A stretch of DNA of 63,997 nucleotides, the filler included, from Catajapyx aquilonaris (taxonomy: Eukaryota): assembly GCA_000934665.2 (NCBI GenBank). It is 4 parts of 4 records of this genome, joined end to end, with 100 filler letters (N's around TTAATTAATTAA, not from the genome) between each part and the next. Parts side by side here need not be neighbours in the genome. Positions count along the whole stretch, not along the records: positions 32,143 to 48,086 come from JYFJ02007337.1; positions 48,187 to 63,997 come from JYFJ02007381.1; 2 more parts are not named here. One strand, 5' to 3'. Of the stretch, positions 37,221 through 50,097 are shown piece by piece. The notes beneath the pieces were generated by a model that worked only from the letters and a program-made list of their open reading frames with translations, ran no database searches and was not told the DNA's origin. The position numbers and the translations under genes are program-made. Position 1 is the first letter of the stretch; the number at the start of each line of letters is the position of its first letter.

Positions 37221-40218
37221 ATTAGAAATACGGCAGTAATCAATTTACTTATTACCGCAGTACGGCGTGACGTCACATCCTTTCTGTTCGAACTGCGTGG
37301 CACGGACTGGCAGGTTGAACCTGAATGAACGGCTTTTTAGCTTTGCGGGTTGCACTGAAAAAGGCTACACCGGCAGGGTACTGAACACACTCCTGTACAG
37401 TAGTACACTACTTTGTACAGTACCCTGCCGGTAATTTGAGCAGTCATGATGTGTTATGTGTGTGGGTCTAATAGTCTAAGTAATCTAAACATTCCGATTT
37501 TAATGTATACCGTACTTTCTGAGGGGAGACTCCTTTTGTGCATATACTTACATAAACACAAACTAAAGGGAGATGCAATTCCATGATGGTGTTTCACCGA
37601 AACGAAATAAAAGCACAGTCACGAGGAGGAAATGAGAAGAGTGGTCGGCAACGGATGTCGAGGGTCGCATCAAGGAAGTGAGTGAGAGTAGTGTTCTTTT
37701 GGAATGTGGAATTAACGGGACAATTGATAAGAACTACCATGTTGGATAGGGCCCAACTTTTTGGGCCAATAATGTAGGGCGACAAGACTGGGAACATCAT
37801 TTGGCAGGGGCTTGGGAAAAATATCGAAAAAGAAACCGGAAAATAATAGCAGGCTAATAGATATCTGCAAACAGATAGCCAGAAACATATTTTTGCATTG
37901 CCCACAGCTCAGATTGCACATATTTGTCGCTTTTATACAGTATTTGAGATTTGAGAATGTCGCCAATGACTCCCCGTAGAACAATTTTCTCCATTTGGCT
38001 GTACAGAGTGGGGAAAAAGATGTCCATATTCTAAGACACTAATTCCTTTGCGAATTTCTCCAATTTATCTTGACGTTTTTGGCTCAATTACGGTGATCAT
38101 CACCATTACCATAGTATTCCTGCGTAAGTGAAGAAGGAGAAGCAAGTTAATTCATAACATGGTAAAGGCTCATCCACTATTCCATAACCCATATTGTGGT
38201 GTACGGTATACTATTATGTAGTAACATAGAATTTTGAATGTCTCTCCATTGATTCTGGTTCCAGCGGACTTACTTATCTAATGATTAGGCGTCATAGGAA
38301 ACAGATCCACGATATGCAGATATTAGTATAGTAATGTTCTTTTCGTTACCATAGTGGATGACATGGGATATCCTGCTGCTTATGCCACTGGAATACGATG
38401 GACGGTTAAATGGTAGCATAATCGCCAGGATATTATCTTTCACCACGTGGACGGCGACAAAACAAAATAATATTATTTTATGCAATAATATTATAATATC
38501 CATGATATAGACGTTTCCAAATCCTACAGAGCATTTTCCTTAGGCATTCGAAAGGATCCTACGTCTAGCAGGAAGTGCGAGCCTTTTCCATCACCCGGTG
38601 TGCGGTAGTAAAATACAGTGATGTTATACGATACCGGTACTGATTAAAATTTTTGGATAAAAATTTGCTTACTTTAAGCAGTTAGTTTCGAACAGGTTTT
38701 TCAGCTAGCTTAGAATAATTAGCCCAAATATCCCTATCCCTACCCTACATCCTTGACTCCTTGCACCGGTGAATGAAGTTAATATAGGAAAATGGAGTGA
38801 AATGGTGGTATTCCACCCCCCTAAAAAGGCTCAGCCTTATCACAGGGTAACGTAAAAAATAAAAAATAAAAAAATAAAAAAGAATAATTAGCTAAGTACT
38901 AATGTTACGTCCATGGACGCACCCTTTTAAACTACTGCAGGGGGATCTAATCGGCGAAACCTGTGTTCGGATATTGACCACAGATGTCAGCAGATCACGG
39001 TATCAATGTGGAGAATGGTCAGTAATATGATTTGGAAATGAAGTTCAAATTTTACAGCCTATAATGAGGGTTACAGCTTGCAGGGGGCAACACACTATTG
39101 TACGAGTATATGACGTCGATCTGAAATCTTGGGAAGTTCATTAAGTGAACGGTGTTGTGTTTTCCAAATAAGTATAACGCGTATTATCTTGAAGTATGCA
39201 TTTCAATGGGCTCTTGTGAGGACTTAATACAATTCCTTGACAATTAAGTTACTGGCCCCAGAAAAAAATGTTAATGGTGAACGATAATGGATGGGTCGCT
39301 CCATGTACGGAGAAACTCACCGTGACTGTCAGAGAGAGCAAAACCGCAGCTATGATCCGGGAAAAAGACCGGAAACCACACAACCCTTCCGGGGAAAATT
39401 TTTGAGCACAAGATATTCACTTTGTTTAGATTAGGTTCCAAGCATCTGGCCCTTTTTACGGCTAGTTAAATGAATTAACCCGACTACGTCCGTGGATAAT
39501 GTTTACTGTTCAGAAGGATGCAAATTAGCAGGAAATGTGATTATCGCTGCAGCTAAAGCAGTTTGCGCCCAAACACACTCTGCACTAATGGAAGTAATCA
39601 GCGCCCAGTTACCTGCCCAAGATGAGCTATTATCCTCCGGGGGACAGGGCACGCTTCCTCCTGATTTGCTGGAGAAGCCGCCTGATCTAGGGCCATGTCC
39701 ACCCAGCTACTTTGACATACCTTGATCCTGGATCACTGGAAGTTTCATTTTTCAGTTGCAGTATAAACGTCGGGCCTATAGTGTTGTGAAAAGTAGGAAA
39801 TTTTGACAGTCGAAAAATCTCGGGGGGTTTCCCCACAAAAACCTTTTTATTTGTTTTTTAAATAAGAAAAATATATTTTCTTATACTAGTACAAGCCACA
39901 TAACTTTTACAGAAGCTCTCTCGCTTTCTTTGAACATTATCAATATATTTATGACAGACTATAGTCTGATGTAACACTATTTTAAGTAACTCCAAAAAAA
40001 TGCAGAAAATTGAGCCCGCCACGATTGGTATCGCCTGCTTTTCGTATGGGGAATTTATCGACGGATAGTGGTATATTCACGGACAAACTTATTTCCACAG
40101 CAGATTTCTGCATGAATTGTCTCAGTGGTTGGGTCAGACACAGAAGTCGGACAGAATATTTCAGTAATTTTATGAGGACTTGGTTAAAAATTATTCAACA
40201 TAAAAGTTAAAATGTTAT

Positions 40219-41291
40219 TAGTCCGGGCCCTAAGCGCAAAAATCAGGCCTAACCTTGCATTTTGGGATAAGAAGGTGCCACTTAGCACATATGTTCATTA
40301 GGCCTATAGGAGCAATTCCAGAGTTGCAGGCAACTGATCGGCCCCTTAGGTCACGAGTTATGCGGTGTTGCCAACATGGCCGGGGATGACCTGAGCGTTT
40401 TTAACGTTGCATTTTGTGATAAGAAGGTGCCGCTTGGCACATATGTTTCCTAGGCCTGTAGGAGTCGTTTGAGACATGGCGGCACTTGATCGGCTCCTTA
40501 GGTCAGGAGTTATGCGGTGTTGCCAACCTGGTCCTGGACCTAAGCGTTTTGTACCATTTTTAATTTTGCATTTTGGATAAGAAGGTGCCCCTTGGCACAT
40601 ATGTTCCTTAGGCCTATAGGAGCAATTTCAGAGTTGCAGGCAACTGATCGGCCCCTTAGGTCACGAGTTATGCGGTGTTGCCAACCTGATCAGAGAACTA
40701 AGCGTTTTAACTCGGCACTTTGTGATGAGAAGGTGCCACTTGGCAGACATGTTCCCTAGGTGTATAGGATCCATTTGAGAGATGGCGGCACTTGATCCGC
40801 TCCTTAGGTCAGGAGTTATGCGGTGTTGCCAACCTGGTCCGGAACCTAAGCATAACCGCATAACTCGTGATCTAAGGGGCAGATCAGGTGCCACCAACTC
40901 TCAGATGGAACCTCTAGGCCTGGGGAACATGTTTGCCAAAATCCCAAAATGCAAAGTTAAAAATGGTTCAAAACGCTTGGGTCCAGGACCAGGTTGGCAA
41001 CACCGCATAACTCCTGACCTAAGGAGCCGATCAAGTGCCGCCATCTCTCAAACGACTCCTACAGACCTAGGGAACACATGTGCCAAGCGGTACCTTCTTA
41101 TCACAAAATGCAACGTTAAAAACGCTCAGGTCATCCCCGGCCATGTTGGCAACACCGCATAACTCGTGACCTAAGGGGCCGATCAGTTGCCTGCAACTCT
41201 GGAATTGCTCCTATAGGCCTAATGAACATATGTGCCAAGTGGCACCTTCTTATCCCAAAATGCAAGGTTAAGACGCTTAGGGCCCGGACTA
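40219..41291. mobile_element. Foldback-type element made of ~140-155-bp tandem units (4 forward, 3 inverted)
   Basis: TIR TAGTCCGGGCCCTAAGCG / CGCTTAGGGCCCGGACTA. Unit core CCTTAGGTCA(C/G)GAGTTATGCGGTGTTGCCAAC. Orientation flips at ~40850. Confidence 0.8.
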
Positions 41292-41301
41292 TATATAATA
41301 A

Positions 41302-41875
41302 CCGTAAAACTTCTATAAGTCGAATCTCCATGGGACCGGGAAATAACTTCGAGTTACAGAAGATTCGAGTTAGAGAAGTTTGAAATTTTTAAAGCGCATA
41401 ACTCTGTAAGGAAGCCTACCTTTATATCCAGCGACGAAAGGTGTTCAAAACTTAAAAATAACTGTCACTATCACACTTGCAATGTTCCTCGTTGTTTTGT
41501 TGCCAAAGAAATCTCCTTTGTGGACATTTGCCTACTCTTAGATTCAAGTCACAATCGAGTCAAACACTTCTTTCGGTACATCTGGTAGACGGAGATCATA
41601 AAATGGAGCCTTTCTGTACATGTGGCCTACTCTCGACCCTTCAGCTGGGAAATGAGACAATTTTCCTTACTCGCCAACATGAACTTGGACTTAGGGAGAC
41701 TGAAAATGCATTGATATCCCATCGTAAGGCCCTGCCTGCACTTCGAGTTATAGAAATTCGAGTTAGGGAAGTTTATTTCCTATTATTTTACATTGTGACC
41801 AACCAAGCTCATCATTTTCTTCGACTTGTAGAGAACTTCGAGTTAGGGAAGTTCGACTTATGGAAGTTTTACTGG
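41302..41875. mobile_element. MITE, pogo/Tc1 type
   Basis: TIR CCGTAAAACTTCTATAAGTCGAA / TTCGACTTATGGAAGTTTTACTGG; TTCGAGTTA subterminal repeats. Confidence 0.75.
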
Positions 41876-41878
41876 TAG

Positions 41879-44800
41879 TAGAGTCCGGATTTTTAGGCAC
41901 GAAAACTCCTCAAATTGGCACTTAAATAGGCACGAAAAAACCTGAAATAGGCACAAAATATTTACTTTTTCGGCCATATGGAGGATACTGTTACAGAAAA
42001 TTAAAAAACTATAACAATTTTATAGGCCTAAAGTATAAATATAAGGTCACAAACCATAGCAAAAACCGAATTACCGGCAACGATAAACTTACAGGAAATC
42101 GCGAAACTTGGGCAAAAGACACGAAGTGCAAGCAAGTATCACTTGCTCTGGACTTTACCGTTTATATCCAGTTTCCACTTGCACAATATGTTGCCAAATA
42201 TTTGTCTAAATTTTCCTATGATTGTTCCAATCAGAGGAAGATTTAGAAAATTATTTGCCATAAGCAACATGATTCGTATTACTTCTGAACAGTTTTGGTC
42301 CTTTCAGGAGCACAAAAAAACTCCGCAAAAAAACCCGAACATACCTTTCAAGAAATAGGTCCGTAATAGGCCCAAAAAGTCCCGAAATTGCTTCAAAAGG
42401 TTCAAAAACTATCCCAAAAAAGCCAAATAGGCATGAAAAGGCGCGTAAAGCCAGACTAGAGGAGCTCGTGTGCAAAACTGCCTAAGTCCATTTTCGTGAA
42501 ATTTGAGATAGCAACACCATATAGTAAATGAGGAGGCCCTTAACAAGTTGGTGTAAAAATCACGAAAAAAATCGCGTAAGTCTCGTATAGTTATTCACCT
42601 TGCAAAAAGTCGATAGCGGAAAAAGCGCCTAAGTCATGCGGGAGTTTGTTTGCAAAACTGCCTGAGTCCTTCAGAACCAATCGGGGGCAGAGATTAATGG
42701 CAGCCTCCGTACCAGAAAAGCTGCAAAATATTTTATAAGGCGATTACCTCTGTTTCTGAACATTGTGACAGTGAATCAGATGATGGCTGAGTTAAATACA
42801 GAGTGTCACACAAGTCCGGAACAATAGGTAGGCTAATTGGATAACATTGTTGGTTTCTAGTTATGCCAACTACTTTCCAAATTTTTAAAAATAAGCCAGA
42901 AATGTGCATTATAAAATTAAACCGTGCTTTATTACACTTAAATTTTTAAAATTATTGTTTTAGTAAGTTTAATTTTATTTAGTTTTTTAGTTTTTTAGTT
43001 AATTTAGTTAATTTAATTTTAGTAGTTTAATCAGCCCGCTTTCTGGCGGAAAAAGAAGGTGATACTTTTAAATACGTTTAAAATTTCTGTGTAATAGAGC
43101 ACGGTGTAATTTTATCACGCACATTATTCTGTCTTGCCGTCGATACATTCACGAAGTAATTCGGATGAGAAACGGCTGAGATAACTGAGGTGTGCAATTA
43201 ACTTAATTATGATTACACAAATGGCGATTTCTAAGTTTCAAATATATCATGAGATAGACAAAGACTTGCACTATCCAGGGTTCACAAGGGGAATTTTTTG
43301 GCCTCCGAGAAGTGTCATAAAAAATTCATGTTGCGACGTAATCGTCGGTAACTAGTCAAAAAATGACACCTTTCCGTGCTATTCTTGCGATAAAAAATCA
43401 CACATACAATGAAGGTAGGTAAACAAGATTTATACAAGCTTTCTGACGATGTATAACGTTATTTTTTGGACCATTTATCTGGGAGTTATTTAGAGTCAAA
43501 CACACAGGGGCCCATATACAGGGTGTATCAAAACTCTACCATAAGCCATGTACCAATGGCATAAGGTGCACCAGAGCATCATTTTATGTAGAGGGGTCAT
43601 CATGTCTAGGCAGCCACATCACGTAGATAATTGATCATTTGCGTAGTAGCGATTGCGCTTAAGCGTGATTGTAGAATAGCAGTGCATCTGGTGGGAACTG
43701 CATTCTCAGAGCCCTTAGTGACTACCCCAATAGCAGTGTGGCAGTGGCTCCCCAGAAAATAGCTGCGACCTTCACCTGTGACGCGATGGCGGCTGAAGGT
43801 TTACATACCTGCCAGGATATTTTATACTAGTTGGTTGAGGTCAATTATCTACGCGATGTGGCTGCCTAGACATGATGACCCCTCTACATAAAATGATGCT
43901 CTGGTGCCCCTTATGCCATTGGTACATGGCTTATGGTAGAGTTTTGATACACCCTGCTATAAAAATAGGATAGTAGTGTTTTTTTTAAAAAATTTCATTG
44001 ATTTTGCATACCACATTATGACCCAAAGGGGTCTTTAGGGGGCACCCATCCAATTAGCAGTTTGATGACAGTAAGTTAAGGTTGACTTGGCACAGTTAGC
44101 ATTATTTTTGGCAGTTGACACAACATGAACATTACTGGAAACCAACAATGCAATCCAATTACCTATGGGTCCGGACTTGTGGGACACCCTGTATTGTACG
44201 TTTAATTAATAAATTGATGGGAAATGATACAGTTAGTCATTATTCCGTGGCAAAATCCATGATATAATGTTTATTGTGTCAAAACTACTATGAAGTAAGG
44301 CAATTTTTTGCCCAAATGGTTTATTGTCATTATCTGTAAAACTGCTGTGACTAGATTTCCTGCACTATTGCTAGTGGAAGAGCACGGATCATATCAATTA
44401 CCGAAGTCATAAAGAAGTGACTAATTCTTGCTAGTATGGACGCTATGCTTTCTTGCCCTCTCGTGAAAAGGGAAGAAAATGGACCTACTATCCGTTTATT
44501 TAATATAGAGCCCTGTGTTTGACTCTAAAGAACTCCCAGACAAATTATTTTAAAAAATAAATTATCGTTCAAAAGCTAGTTTAAATCTACGTTACATATA
44601 TACGAGTTGTTTTCCTATCGTCAGTCTCTATTTTTTTTCGTAAAAAGAAGGAGGAAAAGTGTAATTTTTTGACTAGTTGCCGACGCGACGTTGCACAGCA
44701 AAGTGAATTTTTATGACACTTTCAGGAAGCCAAAAAAATCCCCCTGTGAACCCTGAATAGTGCACATCTTTGTCTATCTAATGATATATTTGAAACATTG

Positions 44801-45683
44801 AGATCGCCATTTCTGTAATCATAATTAAGTTAATTGCACACCTCTGTTATCTCGGCCGTTTATAATCCGAATTACTTCGCGAATGTATCGACGGCAAGCC
44901 AGAAATGTGCGTGATAAGATTACACCGTACTCTATTACACTAAAAATTTTAAACGTATTTAAAAGTATCGCCGTCTATTCCCGCCAGAAAGCGGGCTGGG
45001 TCCCTTTTTATTAAACCTACTAAAACAATACTTTAACATTTTTTAGTGTAATAGAGCACAATGTAATCTTATCACGTACATTTCGGGCTTGCCGTCGATA
45101 CATTCGCGAAGTAATTCGGATTATAAACAGCCGAGATAACATAGGCGTGCAATTAACTTAATTATGATTACAGAAATGACGATCTCAATGATTCAAATAT
45201 ATCATTCGATAGACAAAGATGTGCACTACCCAGGGTTCACAGGGGGATTTTTTTGGCTTCCTGAAAGTGTCATAAAAAATTCACTTTGCGGTGCAACGTC
45301 GGCAACTAGTCAAAAAATGACACTTTTCCTCCTTCCTTTTACGAAAAAAAATTAGAGACTGACGATAGGAAAACAACTCGTATATATGTAACGTAGATTT
45401 AAACTAGCTTTTGAACGATATATAATTTATTTTTTAAAATAATTTGTCTGGGAGTTCTTTAGAGTCAAACACAGGGCTCTATATTAAATAAACGGATAGT
45501 AGGCACTTTTGCAAACGAGCTCCTATTGGCAAAATAGTTCCCGAAACCACGAAATAGGCCATATTGGGCCCTATAAAACCTACATTTTCCACATACTGCA
45601 CTGATGAAACGGATAGATCTCTTTACAAAACCATCCCAACTGCTAAGGAACTAATAGGCATTTGCCTAAAAATCCGGACTCTA
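41879..45683. mobile_element. Nested MITE stack (outer element with hAT-like ends)
   Basis: Outer TIR TAGAGTCCGGATTTTTAGGCA. Inner TIR pairs at 42460/45524, 42799/44191, 43519/43956 and 44488/45499. Confidence 0.8.
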
Positions 45684-48439
45684 ATGATTAGACACACTGA
45701 TGCTGAGTATAAACCCGGTTTATTTGACCTGTAACAGACAAATGCCGTTTCCAATGAAACGTTACAATGCAAACAGACACAAAGGACTTTGTCATTATTT
45801 TGTTGAAACAAAATTTAAAAAGCAAAAAAGTTATGTGTAGTCCTCTATTGTAAACATGCAGGTTTCCCCTTCAAAAGCAAAAATTTGATATTTTTCTGTG
45901 ACCATGTAATAAAACCGAACAAGAACCGTGTTTTTCCCCAAACCCATAAAATTTTTTGCTGGCTCTGTCAATACCAGTAAGGCCAATCGAACAATAGTCG
46001 TGCTTCCCCTAGTAGGCTAGACGAGCTCGAGACGCAGTCACAATGAAGCATAGCATCGCGTCTTGCGCATGTCAGGCCCTTTACTGTATATTTTACAGTG
46101 TGTAGCTTTACAAACTGCTTCATCCTGATGGGGAAAAAGGGTTACTTAGTTCACGCATTCACCGACGATCGATTAATTTTCAATAGGCTTTATCGGAGAC
46201 GTGGGTAATAGAGGAAGGGTTTTGTGTCAAGGGTGCAAGACTTCCTTTTTGAAATCGTGCAGCTAGGACATGCTTCATTCAATTCTTCTTCCATTGACGC
46301 CTCTTGCATGTTTCATTGCTCAGTCCTTTTACCTGCTGCAGGCTCGAATATATATTAATTCGGTTTCGGAATTAGAAATCCATGTTAGCTATGGAGGAGG
46401 TGGGAGCAGGGATGGAAAAAGAACCGCTTCTTTGGGCGGTAAGCGGTTCTTTTTCTATCCCTGCACATGGAAAAAAGAAGCGCTTCTTGGAAGGAAGCGG
46501 TACTTTTTCCATCCCTGGGTGGGAGGGTAGAATGCAGCGCAATCAGTATTGGGCTAATCTAGAAGACAGTCAGAGGGTAAATAGTGAATTATATATCAGT
46601 GACTTCCAGTATTGATTTTGGTAAAAGGCGTGTTTTGCCAATCGGCTAAAAAAAAGATCTTAAGGACGTTGGGGGTTCAATATTTGATGAGAACATTCCA
46701 GCAGGCTGAACGATTTTGCATGTTGTATGGGGGGCATTTGAACATCTGCAAATCATACGTTTCCAGCTTACTATACTGACATCAAAGAATGTCCTGTGCA
46801 CACAAAAGCGAACCTTTAAATGAGACGTTTCGCTGAAATACCACTTCGTACTACAACGGTGTTTGTAAGCATGTTGACCGAGCAACAACGCATAGATACA
46901 ATAAATTCCAACAATTTTACTTTTTCTCGTTTCTGTAATAGTCTCGAAATCTCCCTATAGCTGAAAAGGCATAGAGAGAGATTTTTGCAAGGATTTTTGG
47001 TCTGGTGTAATATTACCGTGCTTGGTTCAGAAGAGGAGCTAACAAGAACGGAAGCGCATCAATGGCATGAACTTTGAAGCCTTGGAAATGGCAGGATGAC
47101 ATAATATTATGCGGAAGAAAAGCAAGTGAGCCATCTTTTGCTCAGAGGAAGCCAATCTTCCAATTTGCAATTTTCTTTTATTATTTTTTTCGCTTCGCCA
47201 AAAGCAATTTCCGCCCCGTTTAAGTCCCCGTTCGTCGGTAATTAAATGCGAGCTAATAGCATAAAGAAAACGCTAAGTGAGCGCACCGGCCCCCTTTTTG
47301 TGCTCTTCCAAAGCGACCTTTTGCGACTTCGCATAAAGAAAAGGGCTCTTATCTCATTAACTATTGCTCTGGAAGAGGAGACACCGACCGAAAAATCGGT
47401 GCCGCCAATGTTGTTCATTCTTCAGGTTCGCCTAATTGGCTTCATAGCGCCACGTTATTATGCATGTTATACTAAGGTAATCATGGTTACAGGATAGCAC
47501 TCAATGCTTCTCAAAAAAGCGAAGTTCAATTGCCATTAAATACAAGGAACGTGCAACACTACGGCATGTTAACTGTAACTTAATAAATATGCTAATATTA
47601 CGATCGGAATAATACAGACACATTATCTGGCAGACCTTACCTATTTGATACGGTGGAATTAAGCATTAATTTTTTAAAATGCTCGTAGTACCTATTTAAA
47701 AAAAAACACGAAACTGTCCCGATTTAGTGTCTGTGAATCTTCCTGTCTGTTTGGTCTGGGGAATAGCCAAATGTTACAGAGTTAACAGTAAATATCGGAA
47801 AACAAGTATAGGCAGTGGCTGCGTCGACATAGTTCGCAGCAATTAATATTAGGAAAATACCTTTTTTGAAGGGCATAGAAGGAAGTGTGATGCATCGCGA
47901 CAAAATGTGTCTTATTTTTATTATTATTTTAAATACTATGGCTTAGTTTTAAGTACAAAGCTTAAGACCAATTCATATGGATGATTTTACAACCATATTA
48001 GTGTCACTCGAACTATTTCGAACTGTGCGTGACCAAAATTCGTCCCGCGGGTCCGAAAATACAACATTTATGTGACCCGCCTTTAANNNNNNNNNNNNNN
48101 NNNNNNNNNNNNNNNNNNNNNNNNNNNNNNTTAATTAATTAANNNNNNNNNNNNNNNNNNNNNNNNNNNNNNNNNNNNNNNNNNNNAGAAATGAACGCAG
48201 CCATGAGGAGGCAGGAGGAGGAGTTGTTAATTGCAGTGAGTTGGGTGGCACCGGCTTTTTGGTTGGCTTGTTTTTGCCCTTCCTAGTGGTGATGTAAGCA
48301 AAATTACGAGTAGCTGGAAGTTGCTGTGAAAATGGAAATTCCCTTTGGATAATGACCCCCCCGTCTGACCCTATTTTAGATAATTATGTCGCTGTCCTTG
48401 TCAGAGATTTCTGACAGAATCATTCAATCGCTAAGAAAG

Positions 48440-48730
48440 AAAGTTGCGGTGGGTCCAGACGACCAGACCTAATTCCTAATGCGATGATCAAAATACTCCC
48501 TTTGCGTTTGGTGGAGTTTCTAAGAGAACTCTTTAATACTTGTTTGGACAAATCAGCTGTTCCGACAAACTGGCCTTCAGCTAGAGTGGTTCCGATATAC
48601 AAAAATGTGCAAAAATGGGGATGCGCTCATTCCTTCAAACTATAGACCCATCTCGATCTTATTTAACAATATTTTTAAATTGTTTACCTCGTTATTGTCA
48701 ATTATACTGTTGAAATTGGCTGATACCCAT
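48440..48730 (+). mobile_element. Decayed non-LTR (LINE) reverse-transcriptase fragment
   Basis: DLIPNAMIK..FLRELFNTCL..VPTNWPSARVVPIYK / GDALIPSNYRPISIL..IFKLFTSLL, with a frameshift. Confidence 0.85.
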
Positions 48731-49145
48731 AGGCTCCCAGAAGCCTGTTATAGTTCTCATTTAGGAAAATTTCTCATTTCTCACACAAATTTCTCACTTC
48801 TCTGAATGAATATGACTCGTCAAGTTGTCAGGTACAGGTATTTGTGAGAAAACTTGCAGTAGGTTTGGGAGTTTGTTTTGGAACTTTGTGGCCCCCTTGA
48901 ACAGACGAGAGTCTCTCTAGCTGGCTTGTAGAAGGCAGGCAAGGTCATCAGTTTTGTTATCAAATCTCTTTAGCATAAATGTGTCATTTTAGGGGCCTTA
49001 CCAAGACCGTGGGCCTTACATTGAATATCTTTTGGGAATGGAAAGTTCCAAAGTTCATGTCTTTCAATTTCATAGAGGACTTAATTACTAGGTAGATAGA
49101 AAATGTTGATACAGTTGTAGCCCTTTAGTCTTGTCACTCAATCTT

Positions 49146-49561
49146 ACAGTACCCTGCATTAATGGTTATGCACAGACATCGCCACCTGGCGGGATTGAGC
49201 GGAACTAGGCGTCTGTGGGCTGTGTCCAAAATACTTTGATCTCAAGACTGCTCACGAGACCGCTCTAGACGGCTCAAGATATCCCGGTGGATTAACAGGC
49301 ATTCGCGTGGTCCGTGTAAAAACTGGTTCACAACCTCAATGCATCGATAGGAATCGCAATAATGGCCTCATAATTCATCCCACAGATATATCTGTGATCC
49401 GCTGTGATCCATCTTTGTATAGCAAGCGTTTGAATCCACCGCGATATCTTGAGCTGTCCAAGTATTTTGGACGCAGGCTACCGACGGCTCATTCCTCTCG
49501 TTCTTGGACAGGTGGCGATGTTTGTGCATAGCTGGTGCATAGCCATTAAAACACGGTACTG
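49146..49561. mobile_element. Fold-back MITE (diverged)
   Basis: CAGTACC..TTAATGG..ATCGCCACCTG is mirrored at the right end. Confidence 0.65.
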
Positions 49562-50097
49562 TGTACCAGACTTGGGACTGGTAGAGCAGTTACTTGATTC
49601 TCTCCTCTACATATTTTGAATATGAGAGTTAGACTGAATAGACTCTAATAGAGAAAAGCTGCACTGGATTTCGTCCCTTTCATAATGTGTCATGTGTGTC
49701 TATGGGGAGGCAAAAGTATCGGGCTGGCTGTCTTGTTACCAGTTGGTCCCTTGTCATTTGACTCATTTCTCATCCCTAGCTACCAACTCTGACGTGAGTT
49801 CACTTATCTCATCAGATAAATACATGTACGTTGTTGGGAAGGTACAGTATGGGCTGCCTGGTTTAAACCCAGGCAAAATAGACCTGCTTGCACTCCAGCA
49901 TCTCATATGGTGTTAGCAATATGTTTAGGAGATAAATATACTCTAAATTAAGTATAAGGGCATGCTGATAATTTTACCACTTAGAATGTCTAATACAGAT
50001 CACGGGACAATGCAAGTGACATTTAAAATCATATTTTACATTTCTACGTAATCACTGCCTGCACCTGTATCGTCAATACACTTGCCCAAATGATGTA

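Noticed and set aside
40240..41290. CRISPR-like regularly spaced repeats
   Set aside because: The intervening sequences are themselves repeated, the array is inverted midway, and the context is eukaryotic with no cas genes.
15962..48186. Recurrent TTAATTAATTAA motif
   Set aside because: It always lies inside N-runs; an artificial all-frame stop linker.
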